From the NCBI GenBank assembly GCA_963823655.1, contig CAWGMK010000012.1:74611-138610 (forward strand): a stretch of 64,000 nucleotides of DNA. The letters are read 5' to 3'. The DNA is from an uncultured Bacillota bacterium (GTDB taxonomy: Bacteria > Bacillota > DTU025 > MWDF01). The position numbers were made by a program, and so were the translations under genes. Of the stretch, positions 49,752 through 59,534 are shown piece after piece; within the stretch, counting starts at the first letter, position 1, and every line of letters starts with the position of its first letter. Below the pieces are notes generated by a model, which saw only the letters and a list, made by a program, of their open reading frames with translations, did no database searches and was not told the origin of the DNA.

Positions 49752-50404
49752 ACATTGTAATCATAGGCGGGGGCAAGGTCGGATACTACCTTGTAAAGAC
49801 CCTTACAGAAAGCGGAAGGCACAGCATCACCCTTCTTGAGAAGGACGCCGAGAGGTGTTCGGATATCGCCGAGGAGCTGGACTGCCTGGTCATCAGGGCC
49901 GACGGTACGGACATCAACGCGCTGGCGCAGGCGGGGGTGGACGACGCCGACGTGTTAGTAGCGGTATCTGGACAGGACCAGGACAACCTGGTGGCCTGCC
50001 AGATCGCAAAGACCAAGTACGGCATCAGCAAGACAATAGCCAGGGTCAACAACCCCAAGAACCACGAGGTCTTCAAGCTCCTGGGGGTGGACGGCACAGT
50101 AAGCAGCACGGGCATAATCGCCCAGCTTATCGAGGGCGAGCTCACTTCCGGGGATATCCATACTCTCCTCAGGTTCGAAGGCGGGGAGCTGGAGCTGGTG
50201 GAAGTGGTCATTGAAGAGGGCTCGAAGAAGGCGGGCAAGGCAATATCCGCCCTCGGGCTTCCCAAGGACTGCATCATAGTTACGATCTATAGGGCAGGCA
50301 AGGTGATCATCCCGACGGGGGCCACTGTCATACAAGGCGGGGACAAGGTTGTGGCGCTCACCTTCCCTGGCAAGAAGAAGAACCTGAGAAGCCTGTTCGC
50401 GTGA
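49748..50404 (+). CDS. trkA: Trk/Ktr potassium uptake regulatory subunit (TrkA-N plus TrkA-C)
   Basis: IIGGGKVG Rossmann motif plus a C-terminal RCK_C region. TTG start after GGAGGGTG. Confidence 0.85.
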   Translation: MNIVIIGGGKVGYYLVKTLTESGRHSITLLEKDAERCSDIAEELDCLVIRADGTDINALAQAGVDDADVLVAVSGQDQDNLVACQIAKTKYGISKTIARVNNPKNHEVFKLLGVDGTVSSTGIIAQLIEGELTSGDIHTLLRFEGGELELVEVVIEEGSKKAGKAISALGLPKDCIIVTIYRAGKVIIPTGATVIQGGDKVVALTFPGKKKNLRSLFA

Positions 50405-50550
50405 CGAGGTGGTATAGATGATCGAATTCGGTGAACAAGACGCGCGGCAGATGGATAGGCGGTATGGCCGCAGAGGTGGCCTATACTGTCGTTTGCATGC
50501 TCATCGGGCTTGCGCTGTGTGCCTTAGTGTACATGGCGGTGAGGTAGGAT

Positions 50551-52068
50551 ATGGTCTCTTTTACTGCGAAAACGTCGGATTACAGGCTCATTTCATATTA
50601 TATCGGCCGCATAACGCTCGGCATCTCCATCCTGATGGGCATACCGCTCGTAGTTTCCCTTGCCTATGGGGAATGGTCCAGCGCGCTGGACTTCCTCATC
50701 GGCGGGATTGCGTCTTGGTGCGTAGGAAAGGCCTTCGAGCTAATCGGAAGCCGTGACAAGCAGGCGGGCTGGATACACGGCATGGTGGCGTCCTCGCTTT
50801 CGTGGATAGTAGCCATGGTCCTGGCTGCCATTCCCTACTACCTGAGCGGGCATTTCGTCAGCTTCCTCGATGCGATGTTCGACACGATGAGCGGCTTTAC
50901 TACGACGGGGCTTGTCCTTGCCCAGGATTTGGACCACCTCTCCATGGGAATGAACATGTGGAGGCATCTGATAACCTTCGTGGGCGGGCAGGGGATGGTC
51001 GTCCTTGCGCTCACATTCCTGTTCAAGACTTCAGCCGGCGGATACAAGATGTACGTGGGCGAGGGCAAGGATGAAAGGCTGATGCCAAGCGTACTGCATA
51101 CTTCAAGGGAGATATGGAAGATAAGCCTCATCTATATGGCGATTGGGACTTTCGCGCTTTGGATAGCCGGGCTTTTCATAGGGCTTTCCCCCCTAAGGTC
51201 CTTCTGGCACGGGCTTTGGGTGTTCATGGCCGCATGGAGCACGGGCGGCTTCGCGCCGCAGTCGCAGAACATCCTGTTCTACCACAGCCTTGTATATGAA
51301 GTGGTCACGATGGTGATCTTCATCATCGGTTCGTTCAACTTCGCGCTGCATTATGCAGTATGGAGCGGCGACAGGAAGGAGACCTTCAGGAACATCGAGA
51401 CAGTCTCCTTCATAATCACCTTGACTTTGCTTAGCGCCCTTGCGGCTTACGGGCTTGGCAGGACCGGCGCTTACTCCTCTTTGCTGTCATTATTCAGGAA
51501 AGGCTTCTACAACCTGGTATCGGGGCATACGACTACGGGCTTCATGACAATATACGCCCAGCAGTTCATTAACGAGTGGGGAGATGCCGCACTTTGGGCG
51601 ATTTGCATCATGATGCTCATCGGCGGAAGCGCCTGCTCTACCGCAGGAGGGTTCAAGGGGCTTAGGATCGGACTTGTTTTCAAGGAGCTCATCCATGAGG
51701 CAAGAAGGATGCTGGCGCCGGAAAATGCGGTGATCGTGCAGAAATACAGGCACATTAAGGATACGGTGCTTGATGATAAAGTTGTGAAATCGGCCATGAC
51801 AGTGATTATTCTGTATGTGCTGACTTTCCTCATGGGCACTCTTGGCGGCATACTCTCAGGCTTTGGGCTGAAAGAAGCGCTGTTCGAAGCGGCCTCTGTT
51901 ACAGGCAACGTCGGCTTGAGCTGCGGAGTAACTAGCGCTGCAATGCCGGCCGGCCTAAAGGTGCTTTACATTGCGATCATGTGGGTGGCAAGGCTTGAGT
52001 TCATCTCCGTAATCGCCTTGCTGGGGCTTCTTTTCTCGGGATTTAGGAGCAGGAGGGCAAAGGCATGA
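50551..52068 (+). CDS. trkH: TrkH-family potassium transporter
   Basis: 505-aa polytopic protein with repeated ..GFTTTG.. and ..TGGF.. selectivity-filter-like motifs. Confidence 0.9.
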   Translation: MVSFTAKTSDYRLISYYIGRITLGISILMGIPLVVSLAYGEWSSALDFLIGGIASWCVGKAFELIGSRDKQAGWIHGMVASSLSWIVAMVLAAIPYYLSGHFVSFLDAMFDTMSGFTTTGLVLAQDLDHLSMGMNMWRHLITFVGGQGMVVLALTFLFKTSAGGYKMYVGEGKDERLMPSVLHTSREIWKISLIYMAIGTFALWIAGLFIGLSPLRSFWHGLWVFMAAWSTGGFAPQSQNILFYHSLVYEVVTMVIFIIGSFNFALHYAVWSGDRKETFRNIETVSFIITLTLLSALAAYGLGRTGAYSSLLSLFRKGFYNLVSGHTTTGFMTIYAQQFINEWGDAALWAICIMMLIGGSACSTAGGFKGLRIGLVFKELIHEARRMLAPENAVIVQKYRHIKDTVLDDKVVKSAMTVIILYVLTFLMGTLGGILSGFGLKEALFEAASVTGNVGLSCGVTSAAMPAGLKVLYIAIMWVARLEFISVIALLGLLFSGFRSRRAKA

Positions 52069-52565
52069 GAATGAAGGTAGCCCTGGCTGTCATTTTCCTC
52101 ATATGCGCCTCGGCGCCCTTATCTGCGCAGATTGTCACTTGCCAGCAGCTAATCAATGAGGCTGCCGTCTGGGATGGGAAAACTGTATCCATCGCAGGGG
52201 AAGTCGTCGGGGATATACTCAGGGCGGGTAAATTCGAGTGGCTCAACGTGAATGACGGGACCAATGCGCTTGGAGTATGGACCGATACCTTGGATGTAGA
52301 GGGCATGGAAATCGTGCCCGGCAACTACAGCATCACCGGCACTTCCCTGGAGGTTGAAGGAATATTCAATCGTACATGCAGCCTGCACTCAGGAGAGACG
52401 GATATACACCTTGTCAATGTGAAGGTGGTCGGAGAACATAATGAAGTGACGCATCCGGTGGATGGGGACAGGCTATTGTATGCTGCCATTTTATTAGGGC
52501 TTGCAGCAGTTCTTACATGGGCAGTCGCCTCAAGAAAGAAATCATCCAGGGGAATGAAAGCCTAA
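52065..52565 (+). CDS. Secreted beta-rich (OB-like?) protein with C-terminal TM anchor, unknown function
   Basis: Signal peptide and C-terminal helix. ATGA overlap with the trkH stop. Confidence 0.55.
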   Translation: MRMKVALAVIFLICASAPLSAQIVTCQQLINEAAVWDGKTVSIAGEVVGDILRAGKFEWLNVNDGTNALGVWTDTLDVEGMEIVPGNYSITGTSLEVEGIFNRTCSLHSGETDIHLVNVKVVGEHNEVTHPVDGDRLLYAAILLGLAAVLTWAVASRKKSSRGMKA

Positions 52566-52596
52566 TAATCCGCAAACTACATATCAAAGCTTACAG

Positions 52597-52630
52597 GGCC
52601 GTTTCCGTTTGGGAACGGCCTTTCTTATTC
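52597..52630 (+). terminator. Rho-independent terminator of the trk operon
   Basis: GGCCGTTTCC / GGGAACGGCC stem (one G-U pair) followed by TTTCTTATT. Confidence 0.8.
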
Positions 52631-53059
52631 AGGCACCGCATCGGCAAATCTCAGGCAGCCGCTACCATCATTCTGATCTTGTTATGGACCGGCCCTGCCC
52701 AAATTCCGGACTTTTGTTAACATTGTGTGAACATCGAGCAGTCCGGGAACACTTTGGAAGCTCCGTTCGTAGTTATAAGTGAACGGGACGAAAAGGACCA
52801 AGAGGATTGCAACCGGGGCCTTCCAAAGGGAAAGAAAAGCAAGGGCACACGGCGGATGCCGGCAAAGGATGTGGTCAATGAGTAAGGGAATTTTCGGATC
52901 ATCAAGTTTAGCGGGTAAAGGTAAGTCTGATACAGCGCCGGAAGGCCCCGTTCACATAGAGCCAGAGGCGAAATAAGAGGAAACAGGGATTTCAAGGGAC
53001 ACAAGGAATGCTAAGGACAATTCGGGTCTACCTCACTTCAATACTGTAAGCCACATGAA

Positions 53060-53100
53060 GACAGCTGCCGTCAAGGGTGAGATGGCAGCTGTCCTTTTTC
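53060..53100 (+). terminator. Plus-strand rho-independent terminator with no annotated plus-strand gene upstream
   Basis: GACAGCTGCC / GGCAGCTGTC perfect 10-bp stem followed by CTTTTTC. The minus-strand side lacks a U-tract. Confidence 0.65.
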
Positions 53101-53755
53101 ATATTAGTTCCTCGTAATCGCCTGAAATCACCAGGTTGAAGTCCCTTACGAAAATGCTGTCGGCATCGGTTGAGGAGCTCAGCTCGCAGTAAATGACGAT
53201 TTCGTACCATTCGGCGAAGTAGTCTTCAGCGGAATAGCCACCAACTAATACATCATTTATGTAGCACCTATAGTAATTGCCCCTCTTGGAAATCACTATC
53301 TCGTTCTCCCCGGGGTTTACGAGCCCGGGTATGACAGGCCCCATTGCGACGCGATTGACGCTGCTTGTGACCTTTTCGCAGAGCTTTATTATCTGATCCA
53401 AAGGATTGCCCAGGTACATCTCAAGAGCATGATACAAATTGAATACATTGTCTACGTCGGTGAGCATCACCTTGAAGTAGGCAAGCTCAGTGTTTTCGCA
53501 CGCAGATAGCATATTCATCGTTATTGTTGCGTTGCCCTTAAGCCTGAATGGGAATATAACGGCCCTTTCGTCCATCCATAGGCCCTGGACACCCACGCCC
53601 ATGCTTCCCGGGCCGTCAGTAATCCATGAATATTCGCCGTTCTCGAGATCAAGTTCATCTTCGAAGCTGAAGAAGAAAGTAGTAGTCCCGCAGCCTGCCA
53701 GGCAGGCAAGTAATATGAGCAGTGCGGCGACACTCGCAAACCGATAAGGTTTCAT
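53099..53755 (-). CDS. Lipoprotein, remote paralog of the 219-aa family
   Basis: 218 aa; lipobox LAGC; FFFSFEDELDLE N-terminus and the same length and architecture as 2470-4865. Confidence 0.7.
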   Translation of the reverse strand: MKPYRFASVAALLILLACLAGCGTTTFFFSFEDELDLENGEYSWITDGPGSMGVGVQGLWMDERAVIFPFRLKGNATITMNMLSACENTELAYFKVMLTDVDNVFNLYHALEMYLGNPLDQIIKLCEKVTSSVNRVAMGPVIPGLVNPGENEIVISKRGNYYRCYINDVLVGGYSAEDYFAEWYEIVIYCELSSSTDADSIFVRDFNLVISGDYEELI

Positions 53756-53867
53756 GTTATCACCTCCACTTCCATATTTGATGAGAAGGCCCGAAATCCT
53801 TCAATATCGCCAACAGTGCAAACAATAAAACAATTCTATGAGCAGAGCCGCCCTGCAAACGAGGAGT

Positions 53868-53904
53868 AAAAGAAACCGGGGTGCAGTTCAAGGCCGCACC
53901 CCGG
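53868..53904 (-). terminator. Rho-independent terminator of the ABC-2 exporter operon
   Basis: CCGGGGTGC / GCACCCCGG stem followed on the minus strand by TTTCTTTT. Confidence 0.75.
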
Positions 53905-53927
53905 AATTATGCCTTTAAGTTTCTCGC

Positions 53928-54806
53928 CTAAGCTGACTTCTTGTGAAGCAGCCTGACTACAGAAAGCACGAAGAACAGCACGCCCGATGCCAGAATGTAG
54001 ATGAGCATCATTGGGATCTCTATGGGTTTGCCGCTCAGGTGCAATGTTATGCCGTATATCTGGGAGAACTCCGAGACGACGTCCGCGGGAGCACCTGCAA
54101 AGGCAAGTTCCATCGATCTTGCCATGTACAGCTGCCTCATTACGGAGGCGCCATGGGTCGCCGGGACGAGTAGTATCAGGCTCTGAATGAAGTTGGGCAG
54201 AATGCCGATCGGCACATAGACGCCGGTCACGAATCCTATCATGGTCCCAACCAGGGTGCTGAATGTCGAAAATGCCGCATTGGACTTGAAGAAGGAGACT
54301 ATGAGGAAGTTGAATGATGAGAAGGCCAGCACGTTTAGCACTATGAGTCCTAACACCTTAAGGGCATTCATTGCACTAATCAGCTCGCCTCCTCGCATGA
54401 CTATGTAGCCCTGCGAGATTACGAATATGAACGCCCCTATGAAGATGCCTATCGCCCACGCGGAGAGAATATAGCCCGCTACAAGCTGCCAGCGCTTTAC
54501 CGGGGCCACCAGGAAGTCGCGGTTTATGCCGCGGTCCTCGTCGTTGACGAGCACTTCAAGGGCGCCCAGGGTCGTCGTCATGGCATTTGCCACCAGGACC
54601 CCCGCCATAATCCAGGTGTCCGCGAAGAACCTCGCCACATTCGGGTCGGGGACGTAATCCTGAAGGGACTTTACCATGGTGTCCCCAAGGAATAGGACAT
54701 ACAGCAAAATGATTATGATCACGGACAGGAATGAGAAGAAGACCGAGGTCCTGTCCCTGAGGAAGACCTTGATGTTCCTGCCTGCAAGCTTCAATGCAAC
54801 TTCCAT
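53928..54806 (-). CDS. ABC-2-type transporter permease
   Basis: 292 aa, 6 TM segments; directly abuts the ATPase gene. Confidence 0.8.
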   Translation of the reverse strand: MEVALKLAGRNIKVFLRDRTSVFFSFLSVIIIILLYVLFLGDTMVKSLQDYVPDPNVARFFADTWIMAGVLVANAMTTTLGALEVLVNDEDRGINRDFLVAPVKRWQLVAGYILSAWAIGIFIGAFIFVISQGYIVMRGGELISAMNALKVLGLIVLNVLAFSSFNFLIVSFFKSNAAFSTFSTLVGTMIGFVTGVYVPIGILPNFIQSLILLVPATHGASVMRQLYMARSMELAFAGAPADVVSEFSQIYGITLHLSGKPIEIPMMLIYILASGVLFFVLSVVRLLHKKSA

Positions 54807-55742
54807 CTACTCCGCCTCCCCTTCGCGGATTTTCCTGCCTGTTATCGCAATGAAGACGTCATCCATGTCGCCTCTTAGGACTTCGAAGCCCTTGATGTCG
54901 TCCGAAAGGCCATTTAGGATTGACAGCGCTTCTAAGCTGTCCTTCAGCTTTACCTCAAGCACGTCAGCCTTTACTTCAAAGGCCCTGCCGGCCCCCTTGA
55001 GCGAAGTTTGGACCTTTTCCATGTCCTTTGGCATCAGCCTCAGCTTGTCGCTGCTGTACTTGAGCCTCAGGTCATCCGGGGTGCCGCGGGCCACTATCTT
55101 GCCATGGTCGATTATGGCGACGTCGTCGGCGCTTGCGGCCTCCTCCATGTAGTGGGTGGTGAGGAAGACGGTTACGCCCTCCTTCTGCTTGAGCCCGTTT
55201 ATGGTCTCCCAGATCCTGGCCCTCGTCTGAGGGTCAAGGCCCGTCGTAGGCTCGTCAAGGAATAGGACTTTGGGGGTGTTCATTAGTGCGCGGGCGATGT
55301 CAGCCCTGCGTTTCTGTCCTCCGGAGAGCTTGCCGTACGGCCTGTTCAGATAGTCTTTGATGCCTGTGACTTCTACGACCTGGTTGAGCCGGGAAGCCAC
55401 TTCTGCCGGGCTCTTGCCGTAGAAAGCGCCCCTTATCGCCAGGTTCTCCTTTACTGTCAGCAGCCTGTCCAGAACCAAATCCTGGAAGACGACGCCGATA
55501 TCGCGCCTGATGGCCTCGTCATGCGAGCCGACCTGGTTTCCGAAGACGCTTACTTTCCCTGATGTCATCGCCAGGATAGTACAGATGATATTTATGGTCG
55601 TGGACTTGCCGGCGCCGTTGGGCCCTAGGAATGCGAATAGCTTGCCCTCTTCGACTTCAAAGCTGATGCCGTCCACCGCAGTCAGTTTGCCGTAATTCTT
55701 AACCAGCCCGCTGACCTCGATCGCCTTGGCCAAGCCTAACAC
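54807..55742 (-). CDS. ABC transporter ATP-binding protein (DrrA-like exporter type)
   Basis: Walker A GPNGAGKST, signature LSGGQKRR, Walker B LFLDEPT. Confidence 0.9.
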   Translation of the reverse strand: MLGLAKAIEVSGLVKNYGKLTAVDGISFEVEEGKLFAFLGPNGAGKSTTINIICTILAMTSGKVSVFGNQVGSHDEAIRRDIGVVFQDLVLDRLLTVKENLAIRGAFYGKSPAEVASRLNQVVEVTGIKDYLNRPYGKLSGGQKRRADIARALMNTPKVLFLDEPTTGLDPQTRARIWETINGLKQKEGVTVFLTTHYMEEAASADDVAIIDHGKIVARGTPDDLRLKYSSDKLRLMPKDMEKVQTSLKGAGRAFEVKADVLEVKLKDSLEALSILNGLSDDIKGFEVLRGDMDDVFIAITGRKIREGEAE

Positions 55743-55858
55743 CTGCTTTCAAATTTGGTCTTATGAGTATTAAGTATACGAATAGTCCGGCATTTCACAA
55801 TATTTATTTGAAGGCTAAGGTAGGCGCAGCCTATTGGGCTTTATGGTAAATTGTAGAT

Positions 55859-57159
55859 ATGTTGGCTTCCGGAGGCGCATCCATGATTAAAAAGGGCGGG
55901 TTGGCGAACCCTTGGTTGATTTTTACCATAGGGGCTATGTCACATTATGCAGTCATGTTCAACAGGACTGCCGTGGGGCAGATGTTCCCACAGCTTATGG
56001 CCGAATTCAATACGACGGGTGTGGGCCTGGCAGCGCTTTCGAGCATCTACTACTACACTTACGCCATAATGCAGGTTCCGGCAGGATCCCTCGCCGATAC
56101 GCTAGGACCTAGGAAGCTCATGTCATTTGGCATGTTCCTGGGCGCTTTGGGCTGGTTCATCTTCGCCTCGGCGCAGTCGCTGGCAGTAGCCTCAATGGCG
56201 AGGCTCATCTCCGGTTTCGGACTCGCCGGCATATTCCTCGGCCTTCTGAAATCCATATCGATATGGTTCCCGGCGAAGAGGTTCGGAACGCTCACGGGAC
56301 TTAGCACATTCTTCGGCAACCTCGGCGTCGCGACAGCGATGTTTCCGTTCGTACTGCTAGTAGGGGCCATAGGCTGGAGGGGCGCGTCATATACTGTAGC
56401 CTGGGTAACCCTGACGATAGCCGTTCTTATATGGCTGCTGGTCAAGGATGAGGGGCCATACGGAACAGGCCCCAAGAAGGCGGATTTCGCCTCCACAATG
56501 AGGACTATTTTTAAAGGCACAGCTGAGGTGTTCACCACGAAGGGATCGCTGCAGCCCTTCTTCGGCTTCCTTCTAATTTTCGGCGGACTTATGACATTCA
56601 CCGGGCTTTGGGGAGTGCCTTTCCTTATGCAAGTGCACGGGATACCCCAGTCTGTGGCAGGATCGCTTCTTGTGATCACCACGGCGGGAGGGGCGACGGC
56701 TGCCATGTTCGTAGGATGGCTCACCGACAGGAGCGGAAGGCCGAAGCTGCTGTTCACGATACTTGCGAGCTTCCAGGCCATCGCCTGGATAATGCTGCTT
56801 TTGAGCATGAGGGCCGTGGGCAAGGATATACTGTGTATTTGATAGGAGCTGCCATGCTGCTGATGGGATTCAGCAACTCCTCTTTCCTGCCGGCTTTCGT
56901 AATCATGAGAAGGTGCAACAGGCCTGAGCTGTCAGGGCTTGCCCAGGGCCTGAACAACGGCTCGGGCTTCGTGGGGGCAATCGCAATGCAGGCGATCGTA
57001 AGCGCGGTCATGGACTATAAATGGAAAGGCGCATACTTCACGGAAGGCGTCAGGCTCTACTCGATGGACGCCTATAAGGCTGGCTTCCTTATCTGCTTTG
57101 CGGCCATTTGCCTGGCCATCGTGTGCGGCATGTTGATGCCCAGGGATACGAAGAGATGA
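55859..57159 (+). CDS. MFS transporter, apparent frameshift
   Basis: 55859-56842 continues in frame 56608-57159 (..TVYLIGAAMLLMGF..). The shift is at about 56815-56835. Confidence 0.75.
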
Positions 57160-57638
57160 CAGACGAGATAAAAATCGGCAAAGTGAGCACCAGGCCCGCA
57201 ACCGTTGAGGACCTGGAGTTCATGCTGGAAGCCTACAGGCTGAACTTCAGGGCAATCATCGAGGAGGCCCGTGGCTGGGACGATGATATCGAAAGGCAGT
57301 CGCTGCTCAATGAGATGGAAAAGTCGGACTACCTGATACTTCGATATGATGGGGAAGACGCAGGGTTCGTCTGCCTTGAAATACATGACGCGGCTTATAT
57401 AAGAAACATAGAGGTGCACCCGGACTTCAACGGCCGGGGCATCGGCACCCTGGTGCTCAGGTGGCTCATGAAGAAGGCTGCAGGGAAGCCTATAAGGGTC
57501 GCGGTAACGGAGAAGAACCACAAGGGCATGGAATTCTACACTAATCTGGGTTTCAGGCCGGTGGGGGAGATCACCCTGCCGCTTAAGGGCTCACGCGGGC
57601 TTCAGCTTCTGAAGAAGACATTGATGCAGCTAAACTAG
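57156..57638 (+). CDS. GNAT-family N-acetyltransferase
   Basis: ATG 57156 forms an ATGA overlap with the MFS stop; ..IEVHPDFNGRGIGTLVL.. motif A. Confidence 0.75.
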   Translation: MTDEIKIGKVSTRPATVEDLEFMLEAYRLNFRAIIEEARGWDDDIERQSLLNEMEKSDYLILRYDGEDAGFVCLEIHDAAYIRNIEVHPDFNGRGIGTLVLRWLMKKAAGKPIRVAVTEKNHKGMEFYTNLGFRPVGEITLPLKGSRGLQLLKKTLMQLN

Positions 57639-57660
57639 CCAATATATCGTACTTGGTACT

Positions 57661-57700
57661 GAAAAGAGGTCGCCCCCCACAATGAGCAGGGGGCGACTTC
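57661..57700. terminator. Bidirectional terminator hairpin
   Basis: GAGGTCGCCCCC / GGGGGCGACTTC stem, with an A-tract upstream and TGTATT downstream. Confidence 0.75.
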
Positions 57701-57723
57701 TGTATTAAGACTTGGCTATGCGG

Positions 57724-59288
57724 CTAGAACCACTTGTCATCGTACTTTACTATTAGCGCTTCTGCCAGTTTCCAGTACATATCAACCGCCAGGTTGCACC
57801 TTGAGTTGGTGTAGTTGGTGAGGAACTGGACGCCCAATGCGGGGCTGGCCTTCAGAAGGTCAGCAGCAATCTTCTCTATTGTGGGCTGTACTGCCATCTG
57901 CTCCGCTTCGAAGGGGTCACGCACTGCCTTAACGTCTTTGATGCAGTCCTGGTACCTCTGGTTGACGAGGTTGTCGACGAAGTCGAACGCCCACCACGCC
58001 GAGACTCTATCAGTCATGCTGAACTTGGTCCTGTCGTTGATGGCGAAGTTTGCAGGAAGCGATGTCGCGCCTGCGTAAATGGGCACATGAACTGAAGTGT
58101 CGGGGTTGTTGAGCCCAAACCAGCAAAGCGTGCCGAGCTTGGGATCAAGCCAGCTTCTCGACTGCAGTACTGTGAAATATGAGCAGCCGGGTATCGCTAT
58201 GTTGCGCTCTGACGGAGCATCAACCAGCTTAAGGGCTTCACTGCTCATATGCGGGGTCGCGAAAACGCTCTTTGCGAAAACGCCTTTGCTGTCGGCAACG
58301 TACCAGTCGTTTACATTGGCCTTGTCATATGCCGTGCCCACGTATGTATCCCTGTAGATGTTGAAATAGTCCTGCACGGAGACCTTTTTCTCTACTTTAA
58401 CCGAAACGGGAAGCGGGATGCATTGGCATCCAGCTTAAGCGACGGTGCGAAGGTGGAAAGGACTCTCCATTCACGCCTTCTGCTGCCCAGGGATACGCTC
58501 GGGTTATAGGCATCGTAGAAGAGGAATGGCGTGCCGCTCTTGGGATCCCACCAGCCCTTTTCGGTCGCTACGCTGAATACGTTCGAGGAGTACAGGTAAT
58601 TGGGGTCGTTCTCCTTGATTTCGCCAATCCTCGAGCGGTTCGCAGATACTCCGACATGATCGTCGGGAATGCGGACTGCGGCCCATATCGCGCCGGTCAC
58701 AAGCGGTCCGGGCGGTACGATTTCGAAATGCCATACTTCATTCTGGTCGCCTACGGTAAGGCATTCGCCTGCATCCCTGTAGCCGTACCTTTCTGCCGCG
58801 GCTCCCATGATCAAGACTGCCTCGCGGGCGGTCTTAGCCCTTTGAAGTGCAAGTATCTGCAGCATTTCGATGTAGAAGATACCATCGGTGGTCTTCAGTT
58901 CGCTGCGGTTGCCGATAGTGGTCTCCCCCATTATGACTCCCTGGTCATTCATGTAGGGATAACCGGCATAGAAGTAGGTGTAAGTCTCAGGCGCCTCGGG
59001 TATCTCTCCCAACAATATCGGCTCAGCCCTGTCGGAATGCAGCAGGCCAGAGTAGACCTTGAATGTATCGGTTGCTGCATGCTTTGTTCCGAGGACGACG
59101 AATGTGCGCGCGTCGTACCAGCCGTCACATGTATGCGCGGTCATTACCGAACCGTCGACGGTTGCAGCTTTTCCCATCGGGATGGACGTACACGCCAGGA
59201 ATGGCGTAGCGGCAATGAGCACAATAGCCATTGCCACGATGACGGAAAGTCCCAGTTTCAGGCTCCTTTTCACGATAGACACCTCCAT
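57724..59288 (-). CDS. C69-family dipeptidase (secreted), apparent frameshift
   Basis: Signal peptide then ..ACTSIPMGK.. The frames join as ..RFPFSVKVEKKVSVQDY.. at the AAA run 58404-58406. Confidence 0.8.
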
Positions 59289-59534
59289 ATATTCTGGTTG
59301 CCATGTCTGAATTCTTCAATCGTAGAAGGATTCCTGTGTGCCATTGGATAAATATGCGAAAATAATCACTATTTCAATGTATATTTTTTAGTCCAAAGGG
59401 CGGCGGCAAATGCATATAAAAAGTAAGACATACAAAGCAACCAGAGTATAAAATATAAGTACCGGGCTGACTTGGGCAGCGAGGCCTGTTAGGCAAGCCG
59501 CGCGAGCCTGTCCGATGAAGAAAGGGAGGGATTT

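Noticed and set aside
52631-53100. RNase P RNA, tmRNA or SRP RNA as the identity of the structured intergenic region.
   Set aside because: The universal GAGGAAAGUCC / ACAGAA..GGCUUA P4 elements of RNase P are absent. There is no tmRNA tRNA-like end (GGGG...UCCACCA). The CCGGAAGG segment lacks the SRP domain IV AAGCAGC continuation.
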